From Truepera sp. (GTDB taxonomy: Bacteria > Deinococcota > Deinococci > Deinococcales > Trueperaceae), in assembly GCA_965218435.1 (NCBI GenBank), contig CBDCKW010000009.1, positions 3,296,001 through 3,360,000 on the forward strand: a DNA stretch of 64,000 bases. The letters run 5' to 3'. Both the position numbers and the translations under genes were made by a program. Each line of letters starts with the position of its first letter. The first letter of the stretch is position 1. Shown here one piece after another: positions 49,230 to 58,690 of this stretch. The notes below the pieces were generated by a model that saw nothing but the letters and a program-made list of their open reading frames with translations, searched no databases and was not told where the DNA came from.

Positions 49230-49865
49230 TTAGGCTTGATTTATACGGGTCAGGTACGCCTCGGCTCGAGGCAGAAACCGTTTGAAAGCGGGGGTCTCGA
49301 GCCGCCTCAAAAAGTCCGTTTTGGCCAGATAAAAGACGTCCGATAAGATGCGCCCGACCGCCGGGTAGTCTTCATCTATCTCACCCACATGCTGAAACCC
49401 TGTTACGCTTAAGAAGGGTAGAACGGCACGGTTATGAAATGGCCGCCGCACAACCGTCGTCAGTACGCCGCCATGCTGCTCGAGCGCATACTGAACGCTC
49501 AAAAACGATACATACTTGGCGTAGGTGCGTCCCGGCCTACCCGGTAAAAAGGCGAGCTGTTCAAAGTACGCCAGCCTAGAGGCGAACGCCAAATCCGGCA
49601 CGCTGAACCGAACCGCTTCTCGCTTGCGCCAGACCTCGCTCTTTGCAAACGTCTCGTAGGCGAGCACAACCGCAAAACCGGCGATACCCGCGGCGTCTTC
49701 GGCAACCAGTACCCAATCATGCATGATAAAGTACTGATACTGCTCGAGTGAAGTCCCTAATAAAAAGCCGCCTTGCTGGGGTTGTTCGTTTGGAGACAAG
49801 CGTAAAACGTGTTTAACAGCTAGCAGAGCGGGCGCATCTTCGGCCCGTGCACGGCGCAAAAGCAC
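49230..49865 (-). CDS. GNAT-fold acetyltransferase-like protein
   Basis: LRRARAEDAPALL, GIAGFAV, YFEQLA, PFHNRA...GFQHVG. Confidence 0.7.
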   Translation of the reverse strand: MLLRRARAEDAPALLAVKHVLRLSPNEQPQQGGFLLGTSLEQYQYFIMHDWVLVAEDAAGIAGFAVVLAYETFAKSEVWRKREAVRFSVPDLAFASRLAYFEQLAFLPGRPGRTYAKYVSFLSVQYALEQHGGVLTTVVRRPFHNRAVLPFLSVTGFQHVGEIDEDYPAVGRILSDVFYLAKTDFLRRLETPAFKRFLPRAEAYLTRINQA

Positions 49866-49868
49866 GCG

Positions 49869-50845
49869 CTAATCTTCCCACCGCACGAAAAGCTGTGGTG
49901 TCGGATTTTCATCTTTGTCATAAACGATAGTCGGCCCCCGAAACTGATTAAGTATCGCCCGCCAAAAACTTTTAACGTCTTGGTTACGAGAAAATAGTTG
50001 GGGTAACTCCTGCCGCTTTTCAGGTAAGTCGTACCAAGGAATGGTCGGTTTCATATGATGGGTTGCATGTTCGTTGAAATTAAGTAGCAACCACGAAAAA
50101 AACGGATGCTGGTGCAACGCTCGCACGTTGTAGCGCGTTTGTGCGCCGATAGTAGTGTGATAGTGAAAAATATAAACCAAAAGCGACCATATCCAGCGAA
50201 AGCTAAGAGCGGGTAAAAGAGCGCGTAGAGCCATACCTGCACTCCCAAAACCCACCAGACGGCAGCGTGAAACGCGAGGCAGGAGGCGTACTGCTGCCAA
50301 GCCGTCAGCCGGTCACGGTCAGTCCAACCGGAGAACGCTGGCGAGATTTTTTGGGCTTGCCGGGTCGGGAGAAAGAGAAAGATCAAAATCGAAACGAGTG
50401 AATGGAGAAAGTAGCCGCCCGCGAACACTCCCAAGTACCAGAGCAGATAGTAGTAGACGCGGCGGATAGGCGTAACAGGATAACGCGAGACGAACACGTC
50501 GAGCGCGGCGGTGTGATGGTCTTTACGGTTTGAACCGTGATGGAAATAGTGGACTTTACGGTAGATGATAACCGGCACCAACAAGGGCAAGAGCACAGCT
50601 TGACCGAGTAGATCATTGAGCCGCCGGTTTTCCGGCACTAACTTTTTATGCGCCGCTTCGTGACCGACGATATAGATGCGGTCAAGCCAGAGTCCTTGAA
50701 AAAGTAGGACGGGAAGGTAAAAGAGGTAAAACCAGCCGCCCAGCTCAGCATGTGCCAAAAAGACGGCGAGCGTGGCCAGAGCAGCGAAAACAAAGACTGT
50801 TTCAGCGATAAGAGAGGTTGTGACCCGACGGTGCATTTGGCTCAA
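49869..50845 (-). pseudogene. Membrane fatty acid desaturase with one frameshift (pseudogene or sequence error)
   Basis: His boxes HEAAH and HYFHH in one frame, EHATHH in another; one base missing near 50195 (TTC GC- TGG). Confidence 0.8.
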
Positions 50846-50897
50846 GGCGCAACCCTCCTAACAAGATGTAACGCCGAATGTAACACGGTTTTCAGAC

Positions 50898-50925
50898 CTT
50901 AAGCTGAAAAAACCTTCAGCTTAAG
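50898..50925 (-). terminator. Hairpin after the SufT-like gene
   Basis: CTTAAGCTGAA-aaaacc-TTCAGCTTAAG. Confidence 0.6.
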
Positions 50926-50948
50926 AAAGGGTTAAACGAAACCTATCC

Positions 50949-51434
50949 TTACAGGTTAAAGCCGAACATCCGCATCTGCTTTTTACCGTCTTCGCTCATT
51001 TTGGCGGGGCTCCACGGCGGCGACCAGACGAACTCGACCGTGACTTTTTTCACGCCTTCGACCTGCATACACGCGAGTTCGGCGTCAGCTTGGATCATGT
51101 CTTGGACGGGGCAGCCCATACTCGTCAGGGTCATATCAATATCAACTTCACCACCGGTTTTGATAGCTACGTTATAGATCAGCCCTAAATCTACGACGTT
51201 GACCGGGATTTCCGGGTCTTTGACGACTTTAAGCGCTTCTAAAAGTGCCTCTTTGCTCGGTAGGTCGTCAGACGCGGGCGCTTCTATCGCAGTGTCTACA
51301 GTTGCAACGTCTGCGTTTGCAGTTTGGACATTTTCAACTTCTGTTTCAACATCTCTACGGGTTGCGTCTTTCTCTGACGGCGTGGCGTTAGGATCGGTTA
51401 CGTCCGTGTCTGCCTTGGCGGTGGGGTCACTCAT
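50949..51434 (-). CDS. Fe-S cluster assembly factor (DUF59/SufT/MIP18)
   Basis: VKDPEIPVNVVDLGLIY, TLTSMGCP, WSPPWSP. Confidence 0.92.
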   Translation of the reverse strand: MSDPTAKADTDVTDPNATPSEKDATRRDVETEVENVQTANADVATVDTAIEAPASDDLPSKEALLEALKVVKDPEIPVNVVDLGLIYNVAIKTGGEVDIDMTLTSMGCPVQDMIQADAELACMQVEGVKKVTVEFVWSPPWSPAKMSEDGKKQMRMFGFNL

Positions 51435-51457
51435 ACCTTTAAGCGTAGCAGATACCG

Positions 51458-51973
51458 CTAAGGGCGTTCGTTTTCTGCGCGGGGTGCGGGCAGGCTGCGG
51501 CGGATTGAGCTTTCGATCTGCTCTAAGTCGGTAGTAAGTTCGCGGCGGATGCTGAGGACGTGTTCCTCGAGCCGTTCGGCCTGCGCCTTTTCGCCCGTCT
51601 CGAGGCGGGTGTAGTGTTCAGAGAGGGTGCTGCGGAGATTGGTTTCCAAAGTACCGAACCGCTCACCGAGGCGAGTCTCGAGCGTTTCTAACTCAGCTAA
51701 GCGTTTTTGCTGCACCAGCGCACGTTCATGCTCTAGTTCGGTCTCGAGATGCGACAGCTGCCGGAGCTGCCCGGCGCGGCGAAACAGTGAGATGAGCAAA
51801 AAGCCGAAGCTGAGCACCAAAGTAAACCCAACCAGTATCAGACCCAGCGGCGCACGCACCGTAAAGAACACCAGGTTGAGCGGCAACCTGACCGATAGCG
51901 GCCCCAAGTTGAGCAGCGTAAAAAGCACGACTAAAATAACGACCAGGGTAACGATAATGCCCCGTGAACGCAT
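51458..51973 (-). CDS. LapA/DUF1049-like membrane protein with coiled coil
   Basis: Two TM segments with N...APLGLIL, then a heptad tail; AGGAGG RBS. Confidence 0.72.
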   Translation of the reverse strand: MRSRGIIVTLVVILVVLFTLLNLGPLSVRLPLNLVFFTVRAPLGLILVGFTLVLSFGFLLISLFRRAGQLRQLSHLETELEHERALVQQKRLAELETLETRLGERFGTLETNLRSTLSEHYTRLETGEKAQAERLEEHVLSIRRELTTDLEQIESSIRRSLPAPRAENERP

Positions 51974-52187
51974 CCAGACCTCCTACTATCCCAGTATGCC
52001 CCAGTGCCGGAGCTGTGGTTTATGCTACCGTGTCCAGCGGCGCAGCCAGCCGGGGCGTATTTGGAAACTGACTGCTAAAAGCGGCCGGTTACCCGAGACA
52101 GGTCAAGTGCTGTATCAGCGCACACTGTAGCCGCGTATGTATCAGCGCGTACTATAGTCGGGTAACGTATCGGCCATGCTCGAGGGT

Positions 52188-52748
52188 ATGAACCGACTAC
52201 GGCTAACTTTGCTCGCCTCACTACTACTGCTACCGCTGCTCGTCGGTTTTACCTTTGAATTAAGCACCAGCACCGTAACCTATACGGCGGCGGACGCAAG
52301 CGAGTCGTGGCAGGGCGTCGCGCCGCTTGAAGATGTGACGTTGACCCAAACCTCGGGTGGTCTTACGGTGACGACGGTGTTAGAGACCGGCAAGTTCAAC
52401 TCTGGCAACTTTGCCCGCGACGGCAACGCCCGGTTTACCGTATTTAATACCGGCAAGTTCCCTACCGCGACGCTCGAAGGAACGCTGCCCTTAGCTGCGC
52501 CACTGCTAGAAACTCAGGCTTCAGGTACAAAGACCGCAACGTTTCGCGGCACCCTGACGCTGCACGGCGTCACGCATGACCTCAGTTTTCCTATGGAGGT
52601 CTCGAGAGACGGCACCCAGGCAACCGCTGAGGGTTCATTTGCTGTTCTCTTAAGCGACTATGAGATGAAGCGCCCGAACTTTTTCGGTAACGAGGTCAAA
52701 GACAAGGTCAACCTCAACGTTTCGCTAGCGGGGGCTTTCGCGCCCTAA
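52188..52748 (+). CDS. YceI family protein
   Basis: Signal peptide; SGNFARD, FPTA, GTLTLHGVT. Confidence 0.88.
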   Translation: MNRLRLTLLASLLLLPLLVGFTFELSTSTVTYTAADASESWQGVAPLEDVTLTQTSGGLTVTTVLETGKFNSGNFARDGNARFTVFNTGKFPTATLEGTLPLAAPLLETQASGTKTATFRGTLTLHGVTHDLSFPMEVSRDGTQATAEGSFAVLLSDYEMKRPNFFGNEVKDKVNLNVSLAGAFAP

Positions 52749-54390
52749 ACGGTGAGCGCCCAGCGCGCGCACCAGACCAGAGCAGCCATTCACACAGGAG
52801 CAACAAGAGCGCCCCGGCGACGAGCCACAAAGCCGGATTGCGAGTGGCCTCGGTCCCACCCTCGTTAGCGGGCGCAGCAGTTGGCGTAGAAACTGGTGTA
52901 GAAATTGCAGTGACACTCAGGCGCGACTCCGCTGCCGGGAGCGGCGCGGAGGTGTAGGTGCGGCCCTGAAGCGTCACCCGGCCCGGTTGGGTAAGGAAGT
53001 CACCACCACCCAGCGCCGTGCCGAGCGGAACCTGCGTCTCACTGCGAAATCCTGTCAGGGCGTTCGCAAGCACGATGGGAAACGCTGGACGCCGGGGCAG
53101 GTCACTTTGGGCCGGATTAAAGGCGAAGTAAAGAACCGTGCGCCCGGCCCCACGCCAGCGGAGCAGCACCGGGGTCAGGTCAGCCGTTCGCGCGAGTACC
53201 TCAGCCTCTGAGCGTGGCAGGGGTAAAGGGGCGCTCGAGGGTGCCACGACCGCACCGGTCAGGTCGGCAAACCGGAGCAGTGGATCGCTCTGCGTCCAGT
53301 CGGCAATTTCAGTGTAGCTGGGCGCGGCTTCGGGAGGCGCAAAGACGATCACGTTCCCCGCCGGAAGTGGTCCCGGTTGCCCGACAGCGAGGGTTACATC
53401 GGCGTCGGTTTGAGTCCTTACCGTATTGGGTAACGCCTTTACAAAACGGTCTAAAGCGGGAGCGTCACCGAGAAACCGAACCCGCAGAGAACGGCTACCG
53501 GCGAACGCTTCGTTATCCAAAGAGAGCGCGTCACCACTGCCTAACCCCTCTAACTGTGCCCGGTAGAGCCCAACTTCTGAGGCAACCGGTACCGAGGTGT
53601 TAGCTTGACCCCGCGCAGGCACTAAGAGGTTGGTACGCACCTCGGTCGTCCCCTCAGTCACACTGTCGCCGCTCCCTTCACTTAAGAGCAGTTCAACGGT
53701 CTCCGGCGCGTCTGAACTGTTGACGACCGAGACGAACAGCTGACCATAGGCGAGTTCAAACGCGCTGATGCCCAGGTTAGGGGCGTTTTGACCGACTGCG
53801 TGTTCTGTAACGTTGCGAAAACCGGCAGGTTTGGCCTGGTCGCTAAAAAGATGCACCTCAGCGCCGGGCACGAGGGAGCGGGCGAGTTCTAAAGCTTCAC
53901 TTACGGCAGCGCCTGCGTCGGCTGCGACAAGCCCGGAGAGCGCCTGCCGGACGCGCGCGTGCTCACCGGTAAGGGATTGCACCACCCGCGCACCGAGGCC
54001 CGCACGCACGACCGCGACCTGTCCGGCGTCGGCAAGGAGCGCGTCGGCCTCTGCGACGGCCTCGTCTAAGCGGGAGCCGCCCAGCTCGGCTTGGCTCGAG
54101 GCCATACTCGCTGAGGCGTCCACGACAAACACGCGGGGCGGCGCACCCGTTAAGCGGAGCCGTGGCTGCGCGAGCGCGAACGCGAGGAGCGCAGCGAGCA
54201 GCAGTTGCAAGAGTAGCAGCCAGGTCGGGGAGATGCGGCGACGGCGGCGCGCCGAAACTTGCGCTTCAGTCCACAAAAAAAGTGCCGAGACCACCTGTTG
54301 TCGCCGCCGCTGCCGCACCACGTAGAGCAAGATAATAAGTGGCAGCGTGAGGAGCAGCCACAAGGCGCTCGGCTCGAGCAGCGTCAACAT
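52714..54390 (-). CDS. BatA/vWA-domain membrane protein
   Basis: BatA N-terminus (LLLLQLL...ALAQP), MIDAS motif DASASM, C-terminal LLLCEWLL. Confidence 0.85.
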   Translation of the reverse strand: MLTLLEPSALWLLLTLPLIILLYVVRQRRRQQVVSALFLWTEAQVSARRRRRISPTWLLLLQLLLAALLAFALAQPRLRLTGAPPRVFVVDASASMASSQAELGGSRLDEAVAEADALLADAGQVAVVRAGLGARVVQSLTGEHARVRQALSGLVAADAGAAVSEALELARSLVPGAEVHLFSDQAKPAGFRNVTEHAVGQNAPNLGISAFELAYGQLFVSVVNSSDAPETVELLLSEGSGDSVTEGTTEVRTNLLVPARGQANTSVPVASEVGLYRAQLEGLGSGDALSLDNEAFAGSRSLRVRFLGDAPALDRFVKALPNTVRTQTDADVTLAVGQPGPLPAGNVIVFAPPEAAPSYTEIADWTQSDPLLRFADLTGAVVAPSSAPLPLPRSEAEVLARTADLTPVLLRWRGAGRTVLYFAFNPAQSDLPRRPAFPIVLANALTGFRSETQVPLGTALGGGDFLTQPGRVTLQGRTYTSAPLPAAESRLSVTAISTPVSTPTAAPANEGGTEATRNPALWLVAGALLLLLCEWLLWSGARAGRSPFRARKPPLAKR

Positions 54391-54711
54391 ACGGGAAGAG
54401 TAAAAGAGGCATCACGCACGGTACGCTCTACTTTACCGCACATCTCACCCGTAGGTAGCCGATAAGTAGCCGAGGCAACACCTAAGCCGTATTCTGCTTT
54501 TATCGTCACGTTTTGTAAGCGTGAGAGACACCACTTCACTTTATAAGCTATCAGTTCTTAAGTTCCAGAGTCTTCATGGTCGCTATTCCGCGATACGCCG
54601 CAACCATCATCAGCTGAAAGGCAACTGAAGCACCAATCGCTGTCAGGGAACCTTCTAAGGTATAACCTAAAGCCATGTCTCAGCCCTCTTCCTTTTTTCC
54701 TCTGAGGCTTC

Positions 54712-55194
54712 GTGTTCCCTGACCCCATCTCCCTTCGGCAAGCTGTCGCCGAACTTTTGCAGGAGGGAAACGCGCACGCTCGGCTTGGGGACGCGCTTAA
54801 AGGTCTGCGCCCCGAATGGCGAACGCACCAACCCCCCGGAACACACTCGGTCTGGCAGCTTTTAGAGCACATTCGCATCACGCAAGAAGACATTTTACGC
54901 TATACCTTAGACGCAAACTGGCGTTCTCCCGTGTGGCCTCAAGGGTACTGGCCGGAAAATCCCAGCAATCTACCGGAGAGCGTATGGAGAGACACGTACG
55001 CGCGTTACGAACGTGATCTGCAAGACCTCGTGGCACTCGCTCAAAATCCGGCGTTTGAGCTTACCGCCGAAATTCCTCACGGCGAAGGCCGAACCTACCT
55101 GCGCCAACTCTTTTTGGTCGCGGACCATACGTCCTATCACACCGGACAAATCATCAGCCTTCGCCGCACCTTGGGTGCTTGGCCGCCCACGTAA
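54712..55194 (+). CDS. DinB family protein
   Basis: HSVWQLLEHIRITQ, WPQGYWP, DHTSYHTGQI. Confidence 0.88.
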   Translation: MFPDPISLRQAVAELLQEGNAHARLGDALKGLRPEWRTHQPPGTHSVWQLLEHIRITQEDILRYTLDANWRSPVWPQGYWPENPSNLPESVWRDTYARYERDLQDLVALAQNPAFELTAEIPHGEGRTYLRQLFLVADHTSYHTGQIISLRRTLGAWPPT

Positions 55195-55303
55195 GCTGCA
55201 ATTTGTTTAGGTATTGATAATGTAAAAATCCAGCATTCGGCAGCGTTATACGGTTTGACACCCTTTGGAAATCCGATAAGCACGCCTTTCGTTACGCCTT
55301 TCA

Positions 55304-55555
55304 TTATTCATATAGGTGTGTATATGCAACTTAGAACTGCTTCTCGAGCTGTGGATAACTTGTGAATAAGTAAGGCTCGAGCTGTGGATAACTATGAGAC
55401 TTGACAAAACTGTGACAGATTTGGTAGCCGTTCAAATACTTAAGAAAAATGCAGAAACACCGTCACCAACGGTGAAAACCCTTGCTCGAGGGCATTTTTT
55501 GCGTCGTACGCAGTGAAATAGAGTTATCCACAACCTTACGACAAGCTGTGGATAA
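55304..55555. promoter_or_regulatory. DnaA-box cluster (oriC candidate or DnaA-titration site)
   Basis: TGTGGATAA at 55350, 55383 and 55547; TGTGAATAA at 55361; TTATCCACA at 55524; one-mismatch boxes at 55304 and 55317; AT-rich flank. Confidence 0.75.
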
Positions 55556-56222
55556 CTTCAGGGCTATAAGCGTTTTTGGCTCTGCGTACAAAATCTTGTA
55601 TCTTGTTAGCGTCTTTGACGCCAACCGTACTTTCTACACCCGACGCCACATCGACCGCGTAGGGCGAAAGTGTCCGAACGCCGGTCGCAACGTTCTCCGG
55701 CGTCAGGCCCCCGGCCAAGATAAGTCGCGGCAAGCCCCTTAGTCCGGTGGCAGCGTCCCAGGCAAACGCTTTACCACTGCCCGGTACTAGGGCGTCAAGT
55801 AGAGTGGCGTCGGCAGGAAACGCCTCGAGCATCGCCGGTTCCAGTTCGGGGGTAAAGCTCACCGCCTTAATTACCCTAACGTGACGCCGAAGCGCCTCAG
55901 CGTAGCCCGGTGACTCGTCACCGTTAAGCTGAACAGCGCCGAGCCGCAACTGCTGCGCGACCTCCACTACCTCACTCAGCGGCGCGTTGACAAACACCCC
56001 AACGGTTGTGACGAAAGGTCCGAGCGGTAAACAGATCGCCCGGGCTTGCTGGAGCGTGACTCGGCGTTTGGAATGCGGCGCAAAGATAAGCCCTATGGCG
56101 TCCGCCCCGGCAGCTTCAGCAGCGAGGGCGTCTTCGGGGCGGGTGACGCCACATATTTTAACGCGCACGGGTTGTACGGGTCCGTTAGAGATTTCGTTCG
56201 CGGTTTTTCCAAGTTTAGTCAC
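55536..56222 (-). CDS. trpF: Phosphoribosylanthranilate isomerase
   Basis: RVKICGVT, GADAIG, VGVFVN, LAGGLTPENV, VDVASGVE. Confidence 0.95.
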   Translation of the reverse strand: MTKLGKTANEISNGPVQPVRVKICGVTRPEDALAAEAAGADAIGLIFAPHSKRRVTLQQARAICLPLGPFVTTVGVFVNAPLSEVVEVAQQLRLGAVQLNGDESPGYAEALRRHVRVIKAVSFTPELEPAMLEAFPADATLLDALVPGSGKAFAWDAATGLRGLPRLILAGGLTPENVATGVRTLSPYAVDVASGVESTVGVKDANKIQDFVRRAKNAYSPEVIHSLS

Positions 56223-56252
56223 TGCGCGAGCACCATCGGGCTAGTATAAAGC

Positions 56253-56627
56253 ATGGCTGAAACGATCTTGCATATCACTACCAAGGCAGCCCGGGACGAG
56301 GCGCAGCGCCAAGGGGTTTGCAGAGCGCCTAGCTTGGAGAGCGAAGGGTTTATCCATTTTTCCAAGCCCGACCAGGTAGTCGCTGTTGCAAACTTTCTCT
56401 ACCGCGGCGTGCCCAATCTCGTTTTACTCTATGTTTTGCCCGAAAACCTCGCTGCCCAACTCGTTTACGAAGCTCTCGGCACAGACGAAGCGTATCCACA
56501 CCTCTACGGCCCACTTAACTTAGAGGCAGTCATCAAAGTTGTGGATTTTCTACCTCAAGCTGACGGCACCTTCAAGCTGCCAAAAGCTATTACGGGGTCG
56601 GCTACTCAATCCCCTGGAGATGCGTAA
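56253..56627 (+). CDS. DUF952 family protein
   Basis: ILHIT, SLESEGFIHFS, YPHLYGPLN. Confidence 0.9.
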   Translation: MAETILHITTKAARDEAQRQGVCRAPSLESEGFIHFSKPDQVVAVANFLYRGVPNLVLLYVLPENLAAQLVYEALGTDEAYPHLYGPLNLEAVIKVVDFLPQADGTFKLPKAITGSATQSPGDA

Positions 56628-56940
56628 ACGTATAGTCGGCCTCTGTGCCTAAAAACAGCAGCGCGTCAAAGCGTAAAGGCAGATCATCGCGTCCAAATTC
56701 GGCGGTAACAAAGTGCAGCGCGGCTCCCTGAAGTCGGATGAGTTTTTTTGAAGAGATCATCTCAGCCGGACTGCCGAAACGCACCGTTTTGCGCTGCTTG
56801 ACCTCAGCGACGACGATCACCCCGTCTTTTTGGGCGATTAGGTCAATCTCTGCGCCGCGCACCGTGTAGTTTTCAGCCAAAATGCGGTAGCCCTCAGCGA
56901 GCAGGTGCTGTTTCGCCGCTTCTTCCGACCAGTGCCGCAC
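56602..56940 (-). CDS. YraN (UPF0102) family protein
   Basis: GYRILAEN, EIDLIA, AEVKQR, RFD. Confidence 0.9.
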   Translation of the reverse strand: MRHWSEEAAKQHLLAEGYRILAENYTVRGAEIDLIAQKDGVIVVAEVKQRKTVRFGSPAEMISSKKLIRLQGAALHFVTAEFGRDDLPLRFDALLFLGTEADYTFTHLQGIE

Positions 56941-56974
56941 CTAAACTCAACCCAGCCCACCCAAGCTCATAGGG

Positions 56975-57349
56975 TCAGCTAGGGCTCGGTAAGGGCGAAG
57001 GTGTTACCTCGAGCTGCTCGGCGTCGGCCCAGAGGCCCTCGAGGTCGTAAAATTCACGCGCTTCAGGGCTCATCACGTGGACGATAACGAAGCCGTAATC
57101 AATTAGAATCCACCGGGTCGAGGGACCTTCAACGGCTTTGGGCGGGTAGCCCGCCTCTTTGAGGCGTTCACGTACACGGTCTTCCATCGCTTTGAGTTGT
57201 ACGCTCGACTCGCCGGTCGCGACGACAAAGTAGTCGAGGGTCTCAGAAGCGTTACGCAGGTCTAACACGGTGATGTCTTTCGCGCGGCGGTCGTCGAGCG
57301 CGTCAACGATCAGCTGAACTTCTTCGGGAAACTGGCGGGTTGCAGTTAT
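56975..57349 (-). CDS. rsfS: Ribosome silencing factor (probable ATA start)
   Basis: ALDDRRAKDITVLD, DYFVVATG, WILIDYG, REFYDLEGLW; GGAGG-6 nt-ATA. Confidence 0.9.
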   Translation of the reverse strand: MTATRQFPEEVQLIVDALDDRRAKDITVLDLRNASETLDYFVVATGESSVQLKAMEDRVRERLKEAGYPPKAVEGPSTRWILIDYGFVIVHVMSPEAREFYDLEGLWADAEQLEVTPSPLPSPS

Positions 57350-58668
57350 GGTTGGCCTCCTTCGGCGAGCTGAGTTACAAGCTTCGCCAGATAAAAGTTT
57401 CGGGCGTCTTGACCGAGTACGATTTCAACGTCTTCGTCCAGCATAAGCCGGTCTACCTGCTGCCAGCCTACGCCAAACAGGTCGGCGTAAAAAGGGGCGG
57501 CGGCAACCCCGGCGTGGGTGGTAATAACCCGGCTCACCGGATCGCGGGCGTCACGGCGAACATGGATACGCGCGGCAGGTAGGCCCAAACGGACGAGTTC
57601 CGCTTTGACACGCTCTGCGAGCCCCGGCACGCCGCTACGGTTGCTGAGCATCAGCGTGACGTGCGGCGTTTCGGTAACTTTACGCGCCTGCCCGCCAAAA
57701 AGTCCGGCTAAAAAACCCTCGACTTCGCTCGGGACAGTGCGGACGAAACGTTTGCTACCTTCAACGTCTTGGATGGGCAAGGTAACGGGGTCGAGCTTCA
57801 CCTCTCCCAACCTCGGGACAAGCTGAGTCAGAGCCTTGAGGCTGATATTGGTGTCCACTTCGGCAAAGAAGGTCTCGAGCAGCTTCGGCACCGTTGTAAT
57901 AGCACGTACGTTCAACTCTTGCAAACGGCTGAGCAGCGCATAAGCGAGCGTTTTGATGTTGTCAATCCGGTCAATGTCGCCGCGCAAAAGTTTACGGTAA
58001 CGGATAAATCCGGCGGCTTGCTCTCCATCGAGGCGCTGCAGTCCGGGTTGCAGGTCAATCGTCAGGCCGCCCGCTTGGTCAATGTAGTACATCCGCGCGG
58101 GAACCTCGAGCGTCACCCCGCCTACCGCGTCAACTAAGCTTTTGAAAATGTCTATATTGACGATGGCATAATAGTCCACCGGCAGGTCAAGCAGCGTACT
58201 GACGGCTTTACGGAGCGCGTCGGCGCGGTTGTCGGTACCGTAAAGGTTGGGATATTCATAAACCTCGTTGAGACCGATGCGGTTACCTTTAATACCCATA
58301 CTGCGCGGCACCTCTAACATGATGTCGCGGGGGATAGATACCATAAAGACGCGGTTGCCGACGATATTTACATACATAATCGTATCGGTGCGAATCCCAA
58401 GCTTCGGCTTAGTGACGTAACTGCGGACGAGTTTACCGCCGCGCATCACCATCGGCCCGGCCCACTCGTCATAGTTGTAATCACGGCCTGCAAGCACAAA
58501 ACTCATCTGGAACTCGCCCTTGGGATTGACGAGTGCCTGTTCTGACGGAGTTAAAACCGTACGCTGTTCAGCGCGGGTCAGCCAAAAACTGAGCAGTCCG
58601 AACAGCGCGAGGAGCAGCCCGAGCACGCTGAAAAGCCGCGCCAAATGCCGTGTCCGCTTTAACGTCAC
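57346..58668 (-). CDS. LCP family protein with LytR_C domain
   Basis: N-terminal TM; RTDTIM, SIPRD, LVDAVGGV, FIRYR; NRSGVPGLA. Confidence 0.9.
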   Translation of the reverse strand: MTLKRTRHLARLFSVLGLLLALFGLLSFWLTRAEQRTVLTPSEQALVNPKGEFQMSFVLAGRDYNYDEWAGPMVMRGGKLVRSYVTKPKLGIRTDTIMYVNIVGNRVFMVSIPRDIMLEVPRSMGIKGNRIGLNEVYEYPNLYGTDNRADALRKAVSTLLDLPVDYYAIVNIDIFKSLVDAVGGVTLEVPARMYYIDQAGGLTIDLQPGLQRLDGEQAAGFIRYRKLLRGDIDRIDNIKTLAYALLSRLQELNVRAITTVPKLLETFFAEVDTNISLKALTQLVPRLGEVKLDPVTLPIQDVEGSKRFVRTVPSEVEGFLAGLFGGQARKVTETPHVTLMLSNRSGVPGLAERVKAELVRLGLPAARIHVRRDARDPVSRVITTHAGVAAAPFYADLFGVGWQQVDRLMLDEDVEIVLGQDARNFYLAKLVTQLAEGGQP

Positions 58669-58690
58669 GTTAGTAGGGCCACGAACGCAA

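Noticed and set aside
54551..54676. 41-codon minus-strand ORF MALGYTLEGSLTAIG...
   Set aside because: Mildly hydrophobic with a purine-rich upstream region, but no other support.
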